64,000 nt of DNA, from IMG/VR virus record IMGVR_UViG_3300034062_005626; one strand, given 5' to 3'. Origin of the DNA: a virus. Lineage: Duplodnaviria; Caudoviricetes. The position numbers and the translations under genes were made by a program. Positions 40,245 through 50,398 of this stretch are shown here, piece by piece. The first letter of the stretch is position 1. Each line of letters starts with the position of its first letter. A model generated the notes under the pieces. It was not told the DNA's origin. It worked only from the letters and a program-made list of their open reading frames with translations, and made no database searches.

Positions 40245-41324
40245 ATGAAAAATAATATATCAATTATAGGTGTCGGTAAATTAGGTTTATGTTTATCGTT
40301 AAATTTAGAAAGAAAAGGATTTAATATAGTAGGGGTTGACGTTTCTGAGTCATATGTTAGTTCATTAAATAATAAAAGTTTTAAAAGTACAGAACCATAC
40401 GTTAATGAATTTTTACAAAGTTCAAAAAATATTTTTTTTACAACTTCTCTTGAATTAGCATTAAAAAATGATGTAATATTTGTTGTAGTAAAAACCCCAT
40501 CAACACCAGAATGGAAATACGACCACACCCAAATAGATAATATAGTTGATGAGTTAATTAAAATCGGAAAACAAAATACCCGTAAAGATTTAATTATAAA
40601 TTCAACAACTTTTCCAGGATACTGTGACACAATCCAAAAAAGATTGTCAGATTTAAATTATTTTGTGTCTTATAATCCAGAATTTATTGCTCAAGGTAGT
40701 ATTATTATGGACCAATTAAATTGTGATAGTGTGTTAATAGGTGAGTCAGACAAAACGGCAGGAGATACAATTGAACACATATATAAAGTAATGTGTGATT
40801 CTAACCCAATAATAAATCGCATGTCAAGAACAGAATCTGAATTAACAAAATTGTCAGTTAACTGTTTTCTCACAACTAAAATAAGTTTTGCAAACATGAT
40901 AGGTGACATATCTGAAAGGATGAATTGTAATCCTAATGTTATTTTGAATGCCGTTGGTTCAGATAGTAGAATTGGAAATAAATACCTTAAACCTGGATTT
41001 GGTTTTGGAGGACCTTGTTTCCCGAGAGATAATCGCGCATTATCTAAATGTGCAGAAGAAGTTGGTATTGACGCAGTAATTTCAAAATCTACGGACATAA
41101 TGAATGAAAAACATTTAGAATATCAAATTCAAAATTTTGTTAAAAACAATCCCGATATGACTAAAAAAGTTGTAATACCATACGTTACATATAAAAAAGA
41201 AAGTACCTTAATTGAAGAGTCCCAACAACTTAAATTTGCTTTAAGTTTAAAAAATATGGGATATAATGTTGTAGTATCTGACGACAGAGAAGAAGTAATC
41301 GAACAAATAAAAAATATATTATAA
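40245..41324 (+). CDS. ugd: UDP-glucose/GDP-mannose 6-dehydrogenase family
   Basis: GVGKLG Rossmann motif, STTFPG, YNPEFIAQG, SELTKLSVN, catalytic GFGGPCFPRD. Confidence 0.8.
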   Translation: MKNNISIIGVGKLGLCLSLNLERKGFNIVGVDVSESYVSSLNNKSFKSTEPYVNEFLQSSKNIFFTTSLELALKNDVIFVVVKTPSTPEWKYDHTQIDNIVDELIKIGKQNTRKDLIINSTTFPGYCDTIQKRLSDLNYFVSYNPEFIAQGSIIMDQLNCDSVLIGESDKTAGDTIEHIYKVMCDSNPIINRMSRTESELTKLSVNCFLTTKISFANMIGDISERMNCNPNVILNAVGSDSRIGNKYLKPGFGFGGPCFPRDNRALSKCAEEVGIDAVISKSTDIMNEKHLEYQIQNFVKNNPDMTKKVVIPYVTYKKESTLIEESQQLKFALSLKNMGYNVVVSDDREEVIEQIKNIL

Positions 41325-41325
41325 T

Positions 41326-41988
41326 ATGTCAGCATTTAATTCAGACCCCCAAGTTGAAAATGAAATTTTAAAATTAAAAAAATTATTCAATGTAGAAACG
41401 GTTATAGAAACAGGTACTTATATTGGAGAAACCACTAAATTTTTCTGTGAAAATTTTAAAGATGTTTACGGTATCGAAATAAGTGAAAATTATTACACAA
41501 AAACAAAAGATACGTGTATCGAAAAAAATAATTTAAATCTTATTTTAAACTCATCTACAAATTTTTTAAATGACAACCTTTTAGAAATTGGTAAAGATAA
41601 AGAAGTAATTTTATTTTATTTAGATGCTCACTGGGATAATTATTGGCCATTAAAAGATGAAATTGACGCAATATCAAAAAATTATTTTAATAGGGCGATA
41701 ATTGTTATTGACGACTTTTATGTCCCAAATAGAGATTTTCAATTTGATACATATAATAACAATGTATGTAACTATGATTACATTAAAAATAATATTGAAA
41801 ATTGTTATGATGGATTTCAATATTATTTTTTGAACAAAACTCAAAGAAATTTACCAATAAGAAATGGAAATATAGGTGGGGTTGGTAAAATTTTTATTAT
41901 ACCAAACTTATTAATTAAAAAAAATAACATAAAAAACGAAACTATTTTTTTTGAAGAGAGAGGTAGTTTTTATTCAACAACCGAGTAA
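41326..41988 (+). CDS. Class I SAM-dependent methyltransferase
   Basis: VIETGTYIGET, YGIE, FYLDAH, IVIDD. Confidence 0.7.
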   Translation: MSAFNSDPQVENEILKLKKLFNVETVIETGTYIGETTKFFCENFKDVYGIEISENYYTKTKDTCIEKNNLNLILNSSTNFLNDNLLEIGKDKEVILFYLDAHWDNYWPLKDEIDAISKNYFNRAIIVIDDFYVPNRDFQFDTYNNNVCNYDYIKNNIENCYDGFQYYFLNKTQRNLPIRNGNIGGVGKIFIIPNLLIKKNNIKNETIFFEERGSFYSTTE

Positions 41989-41989
41989 T

Positions 41990-42715
41990 ATGATAGACGA
42001 AAAAACAAATTTTGGATTAAAAAAATATTCTGAAAAAATATATTCTCAATACTATGAGGATGGTATGATTAGAGAAGCGTTAGAATCTGTAAATAGCATA
42101 AACAAAGGGTTTTTTGTTGATGTCGGGTCTTGGGACGGTGTTTATTTAAGTAACACATATAGACTAATTAGGGACTTTGGGTTTAAAGGAATATGTATTG
42201 AGTCAAACGAGGAAAAACATAATCAGGCGGTTGAAAACTTCCAAAATATGGGGATTACCTGTATTAATACATTGCTATCGACAGAAAAGGATAATAGTTT
42301 AGATTATATTTTAAATAAAAATAATTGTCCTAAAGATTTTGATTTTTTATCAATAGACATTGACGGGATTGATTGGTGGGTATGGCATTCATTAAAGGAT
42401 TTTTCCCCTAAAGTAGTCATAATGGAGTATAACGCTAACCACAATAATTGTTCAATCGTTAGATATGACAAAAACTATGTGCACACAAATAATATAAATT
42501 ATTATGGTGCAACCCCACCAGCACTTTATTTGTTAGGTGAATATAAAAATTATGATTTAGTTGGGATGAACAGATTAAATATGATTTTTATTAGAAAGGA
42601 TTTAAACACATTACCTGTACTTAAATCCGAAGATATACCTTGGTATTCTCCTTGGGCTAATGGTTGCGATACGCCAATGTTGGACATAGATTACGATTAT
42701 ATAAAAAATTTATGA
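41990..42715 (+). CDS. FkbM-like methyltransferase
   Basis: Likely start at 41990; YSQYYEDG, FFVDVGSWDG..LSNT, FLSIDIDGIDW. Confidence 0.75.
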   Translation: MIDEKTNFGLKKYSEKIYSQYYEDGMIREALESVNSINKGFFVDVGSWDGVYLSNTYRLIRDFGFKGICIESNEEKHNQAVENFQNMGITCINTLLSTEKDNSLDYILNKNNCPKDFDFLSIDIDGIDWWVWHSLKDFSPKVVIMEYNANHNNCSIVRYDKNYVHTNNINYYGATPPALYLLGEYKNYDLVGMNRLNMIFIRKDLNTLPVLKSEDIPWYSPWANGCDTPMLDIDYDYIKNL

Positions 42716-43800
42716 TAATAAAAAATATAAAAAGTTTATCTGAGTTAGATACATATCTAACATCTTTACAAACCAAAGAACTTAACTTAATAAATTATGT
42801 TTGGTTAGAATATGGGTTTTATCCAATTTTATTTAATGAATTGTTTTTACCATTCATAAATCAAACTAAAGGAAAAAAAATAGGTCTATGTTTTCCAGGT
42901 CACGAAGTTTTTTATGAACCTCATGTTGATTATCTTATTGTTTTAGAAAATTTTATAGACACCTCTAAAGCATACAAGGATAATAATGAGACTGACCTGT
43001 TATTAAATAATTTTTTAAAGTTTAAAGATAGGGGAGTTGCCTTTTGGTTTACTGTTAGAAATTTTGATGAAGACCAATATTGGTCCGTAATAAGCAAATA
43101 TGAATTTAGAAACATAATTTTCCCAATAGGAAAAGAGAAGGCGTGGGAAAATGACCTATTTATTCTTAAACCAGGGTACTGTTATGGTTCCGGTAAAGAC
43201 GGGGAATGGAATTTAGGTATGAATAAATGGTATTCAACAAATACTTTAGGGTGGGAGATTGAAACATGGAATCCGACATTTAATAAAAAATCTCACTTAA
43301 ACATAAAAAAATACAATACCTTTTTTGTTAAGAACTCATGGAAAAGTAGAGATTATTCATCCAACAATATAAATGATTTTTTAGTTGGTAAAAACGCAAC
43401 TGACGGTAAAAAAGGATATGGATTTGTTGACCATTCATTTTATAACGATGTGATAAATTACCATATAAATAATAAACTAGAAATTTTGGTGATAAATGAC
43501 CTTTGTTCTTTTCCTAAAATTGAAAGTGAATATGTCCATTATTTAGATATGGTCTCTTTTTTTGACACCAAATTGTTTTTGACTGTAATAGATAATTCTG
43601 AAAACTTTATTAGTACCTCAACATCACCTATAGATTTATCAACTTACTACTGTAATACAAATTTGGTTTTATTAGACGATAAACAAAATAAAATAAACTT
43701 TGTAAAAAAAATTCAAGACATTAAAAAAAAACAATGTATGTCGTTTAACGTTGGGGTTGATGACAATAATAAATTATATAACTTTTTAAAATGGAATTAG
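42712..43800 (+). CDS. Hypothetical protein in the glycan cluster
   Basis: Likely start MIIKNIKS at 42712; very AT-rich; no clear family motif. Confidence 0.45.
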   Translation: MIIKNIKSLSELDTYLTSLQTKELNLINYVWLEYGFYPILFNELFLPFINQTKGKKIGLCFPGHEVFYEPHVDYLIVLENFIDTSKAYKDNNETDLLLNNFLKFKDRGVAFWFTVRNFDEDQYWSVISKYEFRNIIFPIGKEKAWENDLFILKPGYCYGSGKDGEWNLGMNKWYSTNTLGWEIETWNPTFNKKSHLNIKKYNTFFVKNSWKSRDYSSNNINDFLVGKNATDGKKGYGFVDHSFYNDVINYHINNKLEILVINDLCSFPKIESEYVHYLDMVSFFDTKLFLTVIDNSENFISTSTSPIDLSTYYCNTNLVLLDDKQNKINFVKKIQDIKKKQCMSFNVGVDDNNKLYNFLKWN

Positions 43801-44531
43801 AAAAAAAAATATCTTCTTGGATTACTAACTATTTAGACAACACAAACTTAAGTAGTTTAATTGTTGGTGTTAGTGGCGGTATAGATTCGGCTTTGACCTC
43901 TACGTTATGTGCTATGTCAAATAAAAAAACAATTGTGGTTAGTATACCAATATTTCAAAATGAATCTCAACTAAATTTAGCAAAAAAACATATTGAATGG
44001 TTGAAAAGTAATTTTAATAATGTAATTTCAATAGAAATTGATATGTCTGATGTTTTTAGTATGTTTGAGAAAAAATTTGACTCTTATCACAATCTTTCTT
44101 CAGCTAATTCAAAATCAAGATTACGTATGGTTACATTATATCACATATCATCATTAAATAATGGAATAGTTGTGGGTACAGGAAACAAAGTTGAGGATTT
44201 TGGTATTGGTTTTTTTACTAAATATGGGGACGGAGGAGTTGATATATCACCAATAGCAGATTTAACAAAAACTGAAGTAAGGGAATTAGCATCAAATTTA
44301 GGAATTATAGAAGAAATAATTCAAGCGGAGCCCACCGATGGTCTTTGGGACGACGATAGAACCGATGAACAACAAATTGGGGCAACTTATTCAGAGTTGG
44401 AATGGGCAATGTCTTTTGATGGAAATTTGAGCGACCTCACCGAAAAAGAAATTGATGTACTTCAAATATATAAAAAATTCAATAAAATGAACGCCCATAA
44501 AATGACTACTATACCAATTTTTAAAAAATGA
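43791..44531 (+). CDS. nadE: NH3-dependent NAD+ synthetase
   Basis: GVSGGIDSALT (PP-loop), NSKSRLRM, GTGNKVE, GFFTKYGDGGVDISPIADLTKTEV, PTDGLW...DEQQIG. Confidence 0.9.
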   Translation: MELEKKISSWITNYLDNTNLSSLIVGVSGGIDSALTSTLCAMSNKKTIVVSIPIFQNESQLNLAKKHIEWLKSNFNNVISIEIDMSDVFSMFEKKFDSYHNLSSANSKSRLRMVTLYHISSLNNGIVVGTGNKVEDFGIGFFTKYGDGGVDISPIADLTKTEVRELASNLGIIEEIIQAEPTDGLWDDDRTDEQQIGATYSELEWAMSFDGNLSDLTEKEIDVLQIYKKFNKMNAHKMTTIPIFKK

Positions 44532-45244
44532 ATACATCACAAAAAGAATTGATAAGAGGTAAAGAAGTCCTTTTAGATAATAGAAGTTTTGAATATGGGG
44601 GTTCTTGGGGTAAAGATGGTACTAACGACCCTCTTTTTCTTGAAGAGTGTATGAAAATTATTGAAGAAAAAAATCATAAAGTAATTTTTGATATTGGTTC
44701 TAATACTGGCCAATTTATTTTTTTTTACCTTTTTAAATCCGATATTGAAACGTATTGTTTTGAACCATTAAAACCTGTATACGACACACTAAATAGTAAT
44801 ATTTTGTTAAATGATATAAAAAATGCCAACACATATAACTTCGCTTTGTGTAATGAGGATGGTGAAAGTTATATTTACAGGCCAGAAAATATGATTGCTT
44901 GTGGTATGTCTACCATGGGAGAAAAAGCATTAAGATTTAAAAACGAATTTGGGGTTGTAAAAGAAAAAATACAATGTAAAAAATTAGATACTTTTGTATT
45001 GGAAAAAAAATTAAAAAAAATTGACTTTATAAAAATAGATACAGAAGGATTTGAATATTTTGTTTTACTTGGTGGTTTTAATACTTTACAAAAACACAAA
45101 CCAGACTTAGTAATTGAGTATCAAAAACTTAACATGTCTCAGTGTGGTGTTGAAGAAGATAAACTTAAAACCCTATTAGAAAGTATTGGGTATAATTATT
45201 TTAAATTTTTAAGCGGAGAAGATTTATATTGTAGTTATGTATAA
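44528..45244 (+). CDS. FkbM-family methyltransferase
   Basis: IFDIGSNTG, YCFEP, LDTF, FIKIDTEGFE. Confidence 0.85.
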   Translation: MNTSQKELIRGKEVLLDNRSFEYGGSWGKDGTNDPLFLEECMKIIEEKNHKVIFDIGSNTGQFIFFYLFKSDIETYCFEPLKPVYDTLNSNILLNDIKNANTYNFALCNEDGESYIYRPENMIACGMSTMGEKALRFKNEFGVVKEKIQCKKLDTFVLEKKLKKIDFIKIDTEGFEYFVLLGGFNTLQKHKPDLVIEYQKLNMSQCGVEEDKLKTLLESIGYNYFKFLSGEDLYCSYV

Positions 45245-46142
45245 TTTAATTATTTCAAATGCGGCGGGAACTTTCAGTACAATATTGAAGTACATTTCTT
45301 GGATGTGCGTACAAGAAAAAAATAGAGATACAATAAACTTATTTTTTGATTTTAGAAATAAAACAAAGGTTTCAGGTAACACTTTATTAAATTATGGTAC
45401 TTCAGATTTAAATTTAATTAATTTTTCACAAACAAGTGAAAACATTTTTGATATGTTTTTTAATATTAAAAATGTTGGTTTATACCCATATAACTCTAAA
45501 TATGTTGAGCAATACCCTTATGAAATTAAAAACATTATAAAAAATTATCCAGAACATTTAATTAAATATGAGGGTAGGGGTTGTGATGTAAAACAATATT
45601 TTGACGATTCAGAAATTAAAAAAATTAGGTCTGAATTTAATAAACAGTGGGAAAGGTTAGATTTATCACCAAACTTAAAAAAAAGAATCAATGTAGAAGT
45701 CGACCCATTTTTTAGAAATAATCATAGAATTTTATGTGCTATGATTAGGTATTCAGACCATTATGTTGGTGATTTTTCGTATGAAAAAATTTTTGAAGAG
45801 ATTGATGATAAAATGAAAAATTTTGATAAATTATTGTTAATAACACAATTATTACCTGTTGTGGAAATTCTTAAAGAAAAATATGGAAATAATTTAATTT
45901 ATTTTGAGAATAGACATAGAGTTAATGATTATAAAACTGATTGGGATGGGGGTAGGAATATAAGTATGAGTGATGAATCATTTATACGTGAAACCGAAGA
46001 TTGTATAATAGATGTCATAGCGGCTAGTAAAAGCCATTTTGTTTTAGGAGGTGCTAGTAATATGTTTTTAGGAGCACTTTCTATTAATAAAGATTTAAAT
46101 TATAAAATTTTCGACGTATTAATAAACAATATAGGTAGATAA
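45237..46142 (+). CDS. Putative O-fucosyltransferase/NodZ-like GT-B protein
   Basis: AGTFSTIL, AMIRYSD, IIDVIAASKSHFVLGGASN; cluster context. Confidence 0.45.
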   Translation: MYNLIISNAAGTFSTILKYISWMCVQEKNRDTINLFFDFRNKTKVSGNTLLNYGTSDLNLINFSQTSENIFDMFFNIKNVGLYPYNSKYVEQYPYEIKNIIKNYPEHLIKYEGRGCDVKQYFDDSEIKKIRSEFNKQWERLDLSPNLKKRINVEVDPFFRNNHRILCAMIRYSDHYVGDFSYEKIFEEIDDKMKNFDKLLLITQLLPVVEILKEKYGNNLIYFENRHRVNDYKTDWDGGRNISMSDESFIRETEDCIIDVIAASKSHFVLGGASNMFLGALSINKDLNYKIFDVLINNIGR

Positions 46143-46146
46143 AAAA

Positions 46147-47154
46147 ATGAAAAAAATTGTAGTTTTAGGTGGCGGTGGATTCATAGGTGGACATTTAGCC
46201 AAAAGTTTAAAAGAAAAAGGTAATCATGTTAGAATATGTGATATAAAAAAACACGAATATTTCAAACACGAAGAAATATGTAATGAATTTGTTTTAGGTG
46301 ACTTAAGAGACCCTAACGTTGTCCAATTAGTTATTGAAGAAGGAGTTGATGAAGTTTATCAATTGGCTGCAGATATGGGTGGTGCGGGATATATTTTTAC
46401 AGGAGAAAATGATGCGAATGTTATGCATAATTCGGCATTAATTAATTTAAATGTAGTTCATGAGTGTGTTAAAAAACAAGTTAAAAAAGTTTTTTATTCT
46501 TCTTCAGCTTGTATGTACCCCGAACACAACCAATTAGACCCATTAAACCCAAATTGCGAAGAATCTTCAGCGTATCCCGCAAATCCAGATTCCGAATATG
46601 GGTGGGAAAAATTATTTAGTGAGAGGTTATATTTAGCATTCAATAGAAACTATGGGTTAGATGTTAGAATCGCCAGATTTCACAATATTTTCGGTCCTTT
46701 TGGTACGTGGGTTGGGGGTAAAGAAAAGGCTCCCGCGGCTATGTGTAGAAAGGCCTGTGAATCAAAAAATGGTGACCAAATTGAGGTATGGGGTGACGGT
46801 CAACAAACACGTTCATTTCTTTACATTGATGAGTGTTTAGAGGCGGTTTTTAAACTTATGGAAAGTAATTTTACAAACCCGGTTAATATTGGTTCTGAAG
46901 AAAAAGTTACAATAAATGAATTAGCACAAATGGCAATTAACATCTCAGGTAAGGATATAAAAATTAAAAATATTTTTGGTGATGAATTTATTAAAAAATA
47001 TGGATTCAAATGTCCTATAGGTGTTAGAGGTAGGACATCCGACAACAGTCTTTATGAAAAAACCGTTGGGTGGAAGGTTTCTAAACCACTTAAAGATGGT
47101 TTAGAAAAAACCTTACACTGGATTGATAATCAAATCAAAATTAAAAATGTATAA
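46147..47154 (+). CDS. GDP-mannose 3',5'-epimerase-like extended SDR
   Basis: GGGGFIG, QLAADMGG, YSSSACMYP, YGWEK, RFHNIFGPFGTWVGGKEKAPAAMCRK closely follow GME-family motifs. Confidence 0.75.
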   Translation: MKKIVVLGGGGFIGGHLAKSLKEKGNHVRICDIKKHEYFKHEEICNEFVLGDLRDPNVVQLVIEEGVDEVYQLAADMGGAGYIFTGENDANVMHNSALINLNVVHECVKKQVKKVFYSSSACMYPEHNQLDPLNPNCEESSAYPANPDSEYGWEKLFSERLYLAFNRNYGLDVRIARFHNIFGPFGTWVGGKEKAPAAMCRKACESKNGDQIEVWGDGQQTRSFLYIDECLEAVFKLMESNFTNPVNIGSEEKVTINELAQMAINISGKDIKIKNIFGDEFIKKYGFKCPIGVRGRTSDNSLYEKTVGWKVSKPLKDGLEKTLHWIDNQIKIKNV

Positions 47155-48130
47155 AAAAAAAGTTTTAATAACAGGTATAAATGGTCAAGATGGTTCATAT
47201 TTGACTGAATTTTTATTAGATAAAAGTTATGAAGTGTGGGGGATGGTAAAAAGAAATTCAGTACCAGAAACACAATCATCAAGAATTGAACACTTGAGGG
47301 AAAATAAAATTATAAATTTGGAGTACGGTGATTTAACAGATATGGCTTCTTTGGTAAATATTATTCAAAAAGTCCAACCTGACGAAATTTATAACTTAGC
47401 CGCTCAATCACATGTTCGAGTTAGTTTTGACCAACCAATATACACAACAAACACAACTGGTTTAGGGACTTTAAATTTATTAGAAGCGGTCAGAATGGTG
47501 TCACCACATTCAAAAATTTATCAAGCATCATCTTCTGAAATGTTTGGTAATATGGTAGACGAAGACGGGTTCCAAAGAGAAACGACCCCTATGAACCCCG
47601 TTTCACCTTATGGTTGTGCAAAAGTATTTTCTTATAATATATGTAGAAATTATAGAAATTCATATAACATGAAAATATGGAACGGCATACTTTTTAATCA
47701 CGAATCACCAAGACGAGGAACTAATTTTGTAACTAATAAAGTGGTAAAGGGTGCCGTAAGAATTAAACTTGGTTTACAAAATAAATTAAGTTTAGGTAAT
47801 TTACAAGCCAGTAGAGATTGGGGGCATGCTAAAGATTATGTAAGGGCTATGTGGTTAATGCTACAAACAGAAACACCAGACGATTATGTATGCGCCACAG
47901 GAGTATCACATTCTGTAAAAGACTTGTGCGAATACACTTTTTCAAAACTTAATTTAAATTACAAAGATTATGTTGTGGTAGATGAGAAAAATTTTAGACC
48001 GGAAGAATTACATAATTTAAAAGGAGATTCATCCAAAATGAAGTCAAAAATAAATTGGGAACCTGAATACACATTCGAGTCAATGTTAGATGAAATGATT
48101 CAATACTGGTTAAATTATTATGATAAGTAA
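47147..48130 (+). CDS. gmd: GDP-mannose 4,6-dehydratase
   Basis: Likely start at 47147; LITGINGQDGSYL, YNLAAQSHVRVSF, YQASSSE, SPYGCAK, LFNHESPRRG..FVT.K, RDWGHAKDY. Confidence 0.95.
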   Translation: MYKKKVLITGINGQDGSYLTEFLLDKSYEVWGMVKRNSVPETQSSRIEHLRENKIINLEYGDLTDMASLVNIIQKVQPDEIYNLAAQSHVRVSFDQPIYTTNTTGLGTLNLLEAVRMVSPHSKIYQASSSEMFGNMVDEDGFQRETTPMNPVSPYGCAKVFSYNICRNYRNSYNMKIWNGILFNHESPRRGTNFVTNKVVKGAVRIKLGLQNKLSLGNLQASRDWGHAKDYVRAMWLMLQTETPDDYVCATGVSHSVKDLCEYTFSKLNLNYKDYVVVDEKNFRPEELHNLKGDSSKMKSKINWEPEYTFESMLDEMIQYWLNYYDK

Positions 48131-49031
48131 GATATTAGTTACAGGTGGTAATGGTTTAGTGGGTTCTGAGTTTGTTGGTGAAAAATATTATAAGCCAACG
48201 TCCAAAGAATATAATCTCAAAAATACGGATGACGCGAATCGTTTAATGTTGAAAAGGTTTGAAAGTGTAATTCACACCGCAGGTAGAGTGGGAGGATTGG
48301 GTAGTAATATAAATCACAAGGGAGAATTTTTTTATGAAAATATTATGATAAATACAAATGTGATTGAATCGGCAAGAATTAGTGGTGTTAAAAATTTAGT
48401 ATCTTTTTTGTCAACATGTATTTTTCCTGATAGTACGGAATACCCATTAACTGAAAAAAAAATACACATGGGTCCACCTCATTTTTCAAATGACGCTTAC
48501 GCTTACGCAAAACGTATGGTTGATGTCCAAATACGTGCATATAAAGAACAATACGGTTTAAATTATAAATCAGTTATACCTACTAATATTTATGGCCCAA
48601 ACGATAATTATGACATCAAAAATGGTCACGTAATTCCTTCACTAATTCATAAATGTTATTTAGCAAGAGAACATAAAACACCACTAACTATTTGGGGTAG
48701 TGGGAATCCACTAAGAGAGTTTATTTTTAGTAGAGATGTTGCTAAATTAACCGAGTGGGTTCTTTTTAACTATGACGAAAACGAACCAATAATACTTTCT
48801 ACCTCGGACGAGATTTCAATAAAAGAAGTTGTGGGTATAATAGTTGAAATTATGAATTTTAAAGGTGAAGTTAAGTTTGATACAACAAAACCTGACGGAC
48901 AATATAGAAAACCTTCAGACAACTCCAAAATTAAAAGTTATTTACCTGACTTTAATTTTACAAACCTTTTTGATGGATTAAAAGAAACTATTGAATATTT
49001 TGAAAAATACTATAATGTTGTAAGAAAATAA
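48120..49031 (+). CDS. fcl: GDP-L-fucose synthase
   Basis: GGNGLVGS, AGRVGG, STCIFP, YAYAK, PTNIYGPND, HVIPSLI, WGSGNPLREF, KPDGQYRK. Confidence 0.92.
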   Translation: MISKILVTGGNGLVGSEFVGEKYYKPTSKEYNLKNTDDANRLMLKRFESVIHTAGRVGGLGSNINHKGEFFYENIMINTNVIESARISGVKNLVSFLSTCIFPDSTEYPLTEKKIHMGPPHFSNDAYAYAKRMVDVQIRAYKEQYGLNYKSVIPTNIYGPNDNYDIKNGHVIPSLIHKCYLAREHKTPLTIWGSGNPLREFIFSRDVAKLTEWVLFNYDENEPIILSTSDEISIKEVVGIIVEIMNFKGEVKFDTTKPDGQYRKPSDNSKIKSYLPDFNFTNLFDGLKETIEYFEKYYNVVRK

Positions 49032-49035
49032 TCAA

Positions 49036-49770
49036 ATGACAAGAAAAAAAATAACAACAGAAGAACCTGTAATTCCACAAACATTTTCAAAAAAAGATTT
49101 CATAAATGCAACAATCAAAAGAAAACAAAAAAGTAAATTTTTATCTGACAACCAAAAAGACTACTACGATATTTTATTAAGTAATCAAATTACAATCTGT
49201 TCAGGACCTGCGGGTGTTGGTAAAAGTTACATTTCTATGAAAGCAGCTGTCGATTTATTAATTGACCCATCGAACTCATATGAAAAAATAATTATTGTAA
49301 GACCTGCAGTTGAGGCTGAAGAAAAATTGGGTTCCTTACCCGGTAATTTAGAAGAGAAATTAGACCCTTATATTTTTCCATCTTATTATTTATTAAATAA
49401 AATTATTGGTAAGGATGCCAGAGAAAAACTAAAAGAGTCGGAAATAATTGAAGTTTTTGCTTTAGCATATATGAGAGGTATGAATATTGATAATTCTATT
49501 TTAATATTTGAGGAAGCTCAAAACGCAACTCCAAATCAAATTAAATTACTATTGACAAGAATCGGTTTTAATAGTAAATTTTTCATATCTGGTGACTTGG
49601 AGCAAACTGACAGATATAAGGATAAAAAACAATCAGGACTATACGACGCCCTTCAAAGATTTCAAAATGTAAACGATATTGGAATTTATGATTTTAGAAA
49701 TGCAAAAAACGTAAGAAACCCATTAATTGGTAAAATTTTAGAAAGATACGATGAAGAAAATAGGAATTGA
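49036..49770 (+). CDS. phoH: PhoH-family ATPase
   Basis: GPAGVGKS, RPAVEAEEKLGSLPG, YMRG, EEAQN, GDLEQTD. Confidence 0.92.
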   Translation: MTRKKITTEEPVIPQTFSKKDFINATIKRKQKSKFLSDNQKDYYDILLSNQITICSGPAGVGKSYISMKAAVDLLIDPSNSYEKIIIVRPAVEAEEKLGSLPGNLEEKLDPYIFPSYYLLNKIIGKDAREKLKESEIIEVFALAYMRGMNIDNSILIFEEAQNATPNQIKLLLTRIGFNSKFFISGDLEQTDRYKDKKQSGLYDALQRFQNVNDIGIYDFRNAKNVRNPLIGKILERYDEENRN

Positions 49771-50398
49771 AGTTAATGGCGTGTTAAGAAATACCTTGGG
49801 TAAAATTCAACAAACTTATGAAAAGTTTTTGATTGAAAACAACTCAACAGAAAAAACTTATATTTTGGATGAGTCAGGTAATACTGAATCAATTATACAG
49901 GAAGAAGAGTTTGAATACGAGGTGTTAGGTAATATTGACAGCCTTAATTTATTAAACCATTTTAAGTTTAAGTCTGATGATGAACTTTATGAGTTTTTAT
50001 ATCAAGAATTTGCGATGCAAATATTTGGTCATGCTGAATCTTCAGAGATGCACACATTTCATACCTTAAATGACATTTATTTAAAATATCGAAGTACAAA
50101 TGATATTGTAATTATATCTGATGAAATTGGTAAATCTAAACCGGCCACATTATTTTTTTTATCAAAGTTTGGTTGTCAAATTGAAAAAATTAAATTTTAT
50201 TCAGACACCACTAAAAACTCAATTTGGGATGAGGTTGATGTTTTAGTTAGTGCAAATCCAAGTTTAATTGAAGACCATCCAGAAAACAAAGTTGTTATAA
50301 AGTTCAATACTCAGTATAACAAAACAAATAAATCTGAACACGAAATCAGTTCACTTAAAGAATTAGATGAATGTTTACAAAAATTAGGAATATGTTAG
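49751..50398 (+). CDS. 5'-nucleotidase-like HAD-fold protein with degenerate motif I
   Basis: IGIEVNGVLRN in place of the canonical D-x-D-G-V; overall size and layout resemble phage deoxyribonucleotidases. Confidence 0.45.
   Translation: MKKIGIEVNGVLRNTLGKIQQTYEKFLIENNSTEKTYILDESGNTESIIQEEEFEYEVLGNIDSLNLLNHFKFKSDDELYEFLYQEFAMQIFGHAESSEMHTFHTLNDIYLKYRSTNDIVIISDEIGKSKPATLFFLSKFGCQIEKIKFYSDTTKNSIWDEVDVLVSANPSLIEDHPENKVVIKFNTQYNKTNKSEHEISSLKELDECLQKLGIC

Noticed and set aside
49036-49770. phoH as a novel finding
   Set aside because: A common auxiliary gene in large aquatic phages
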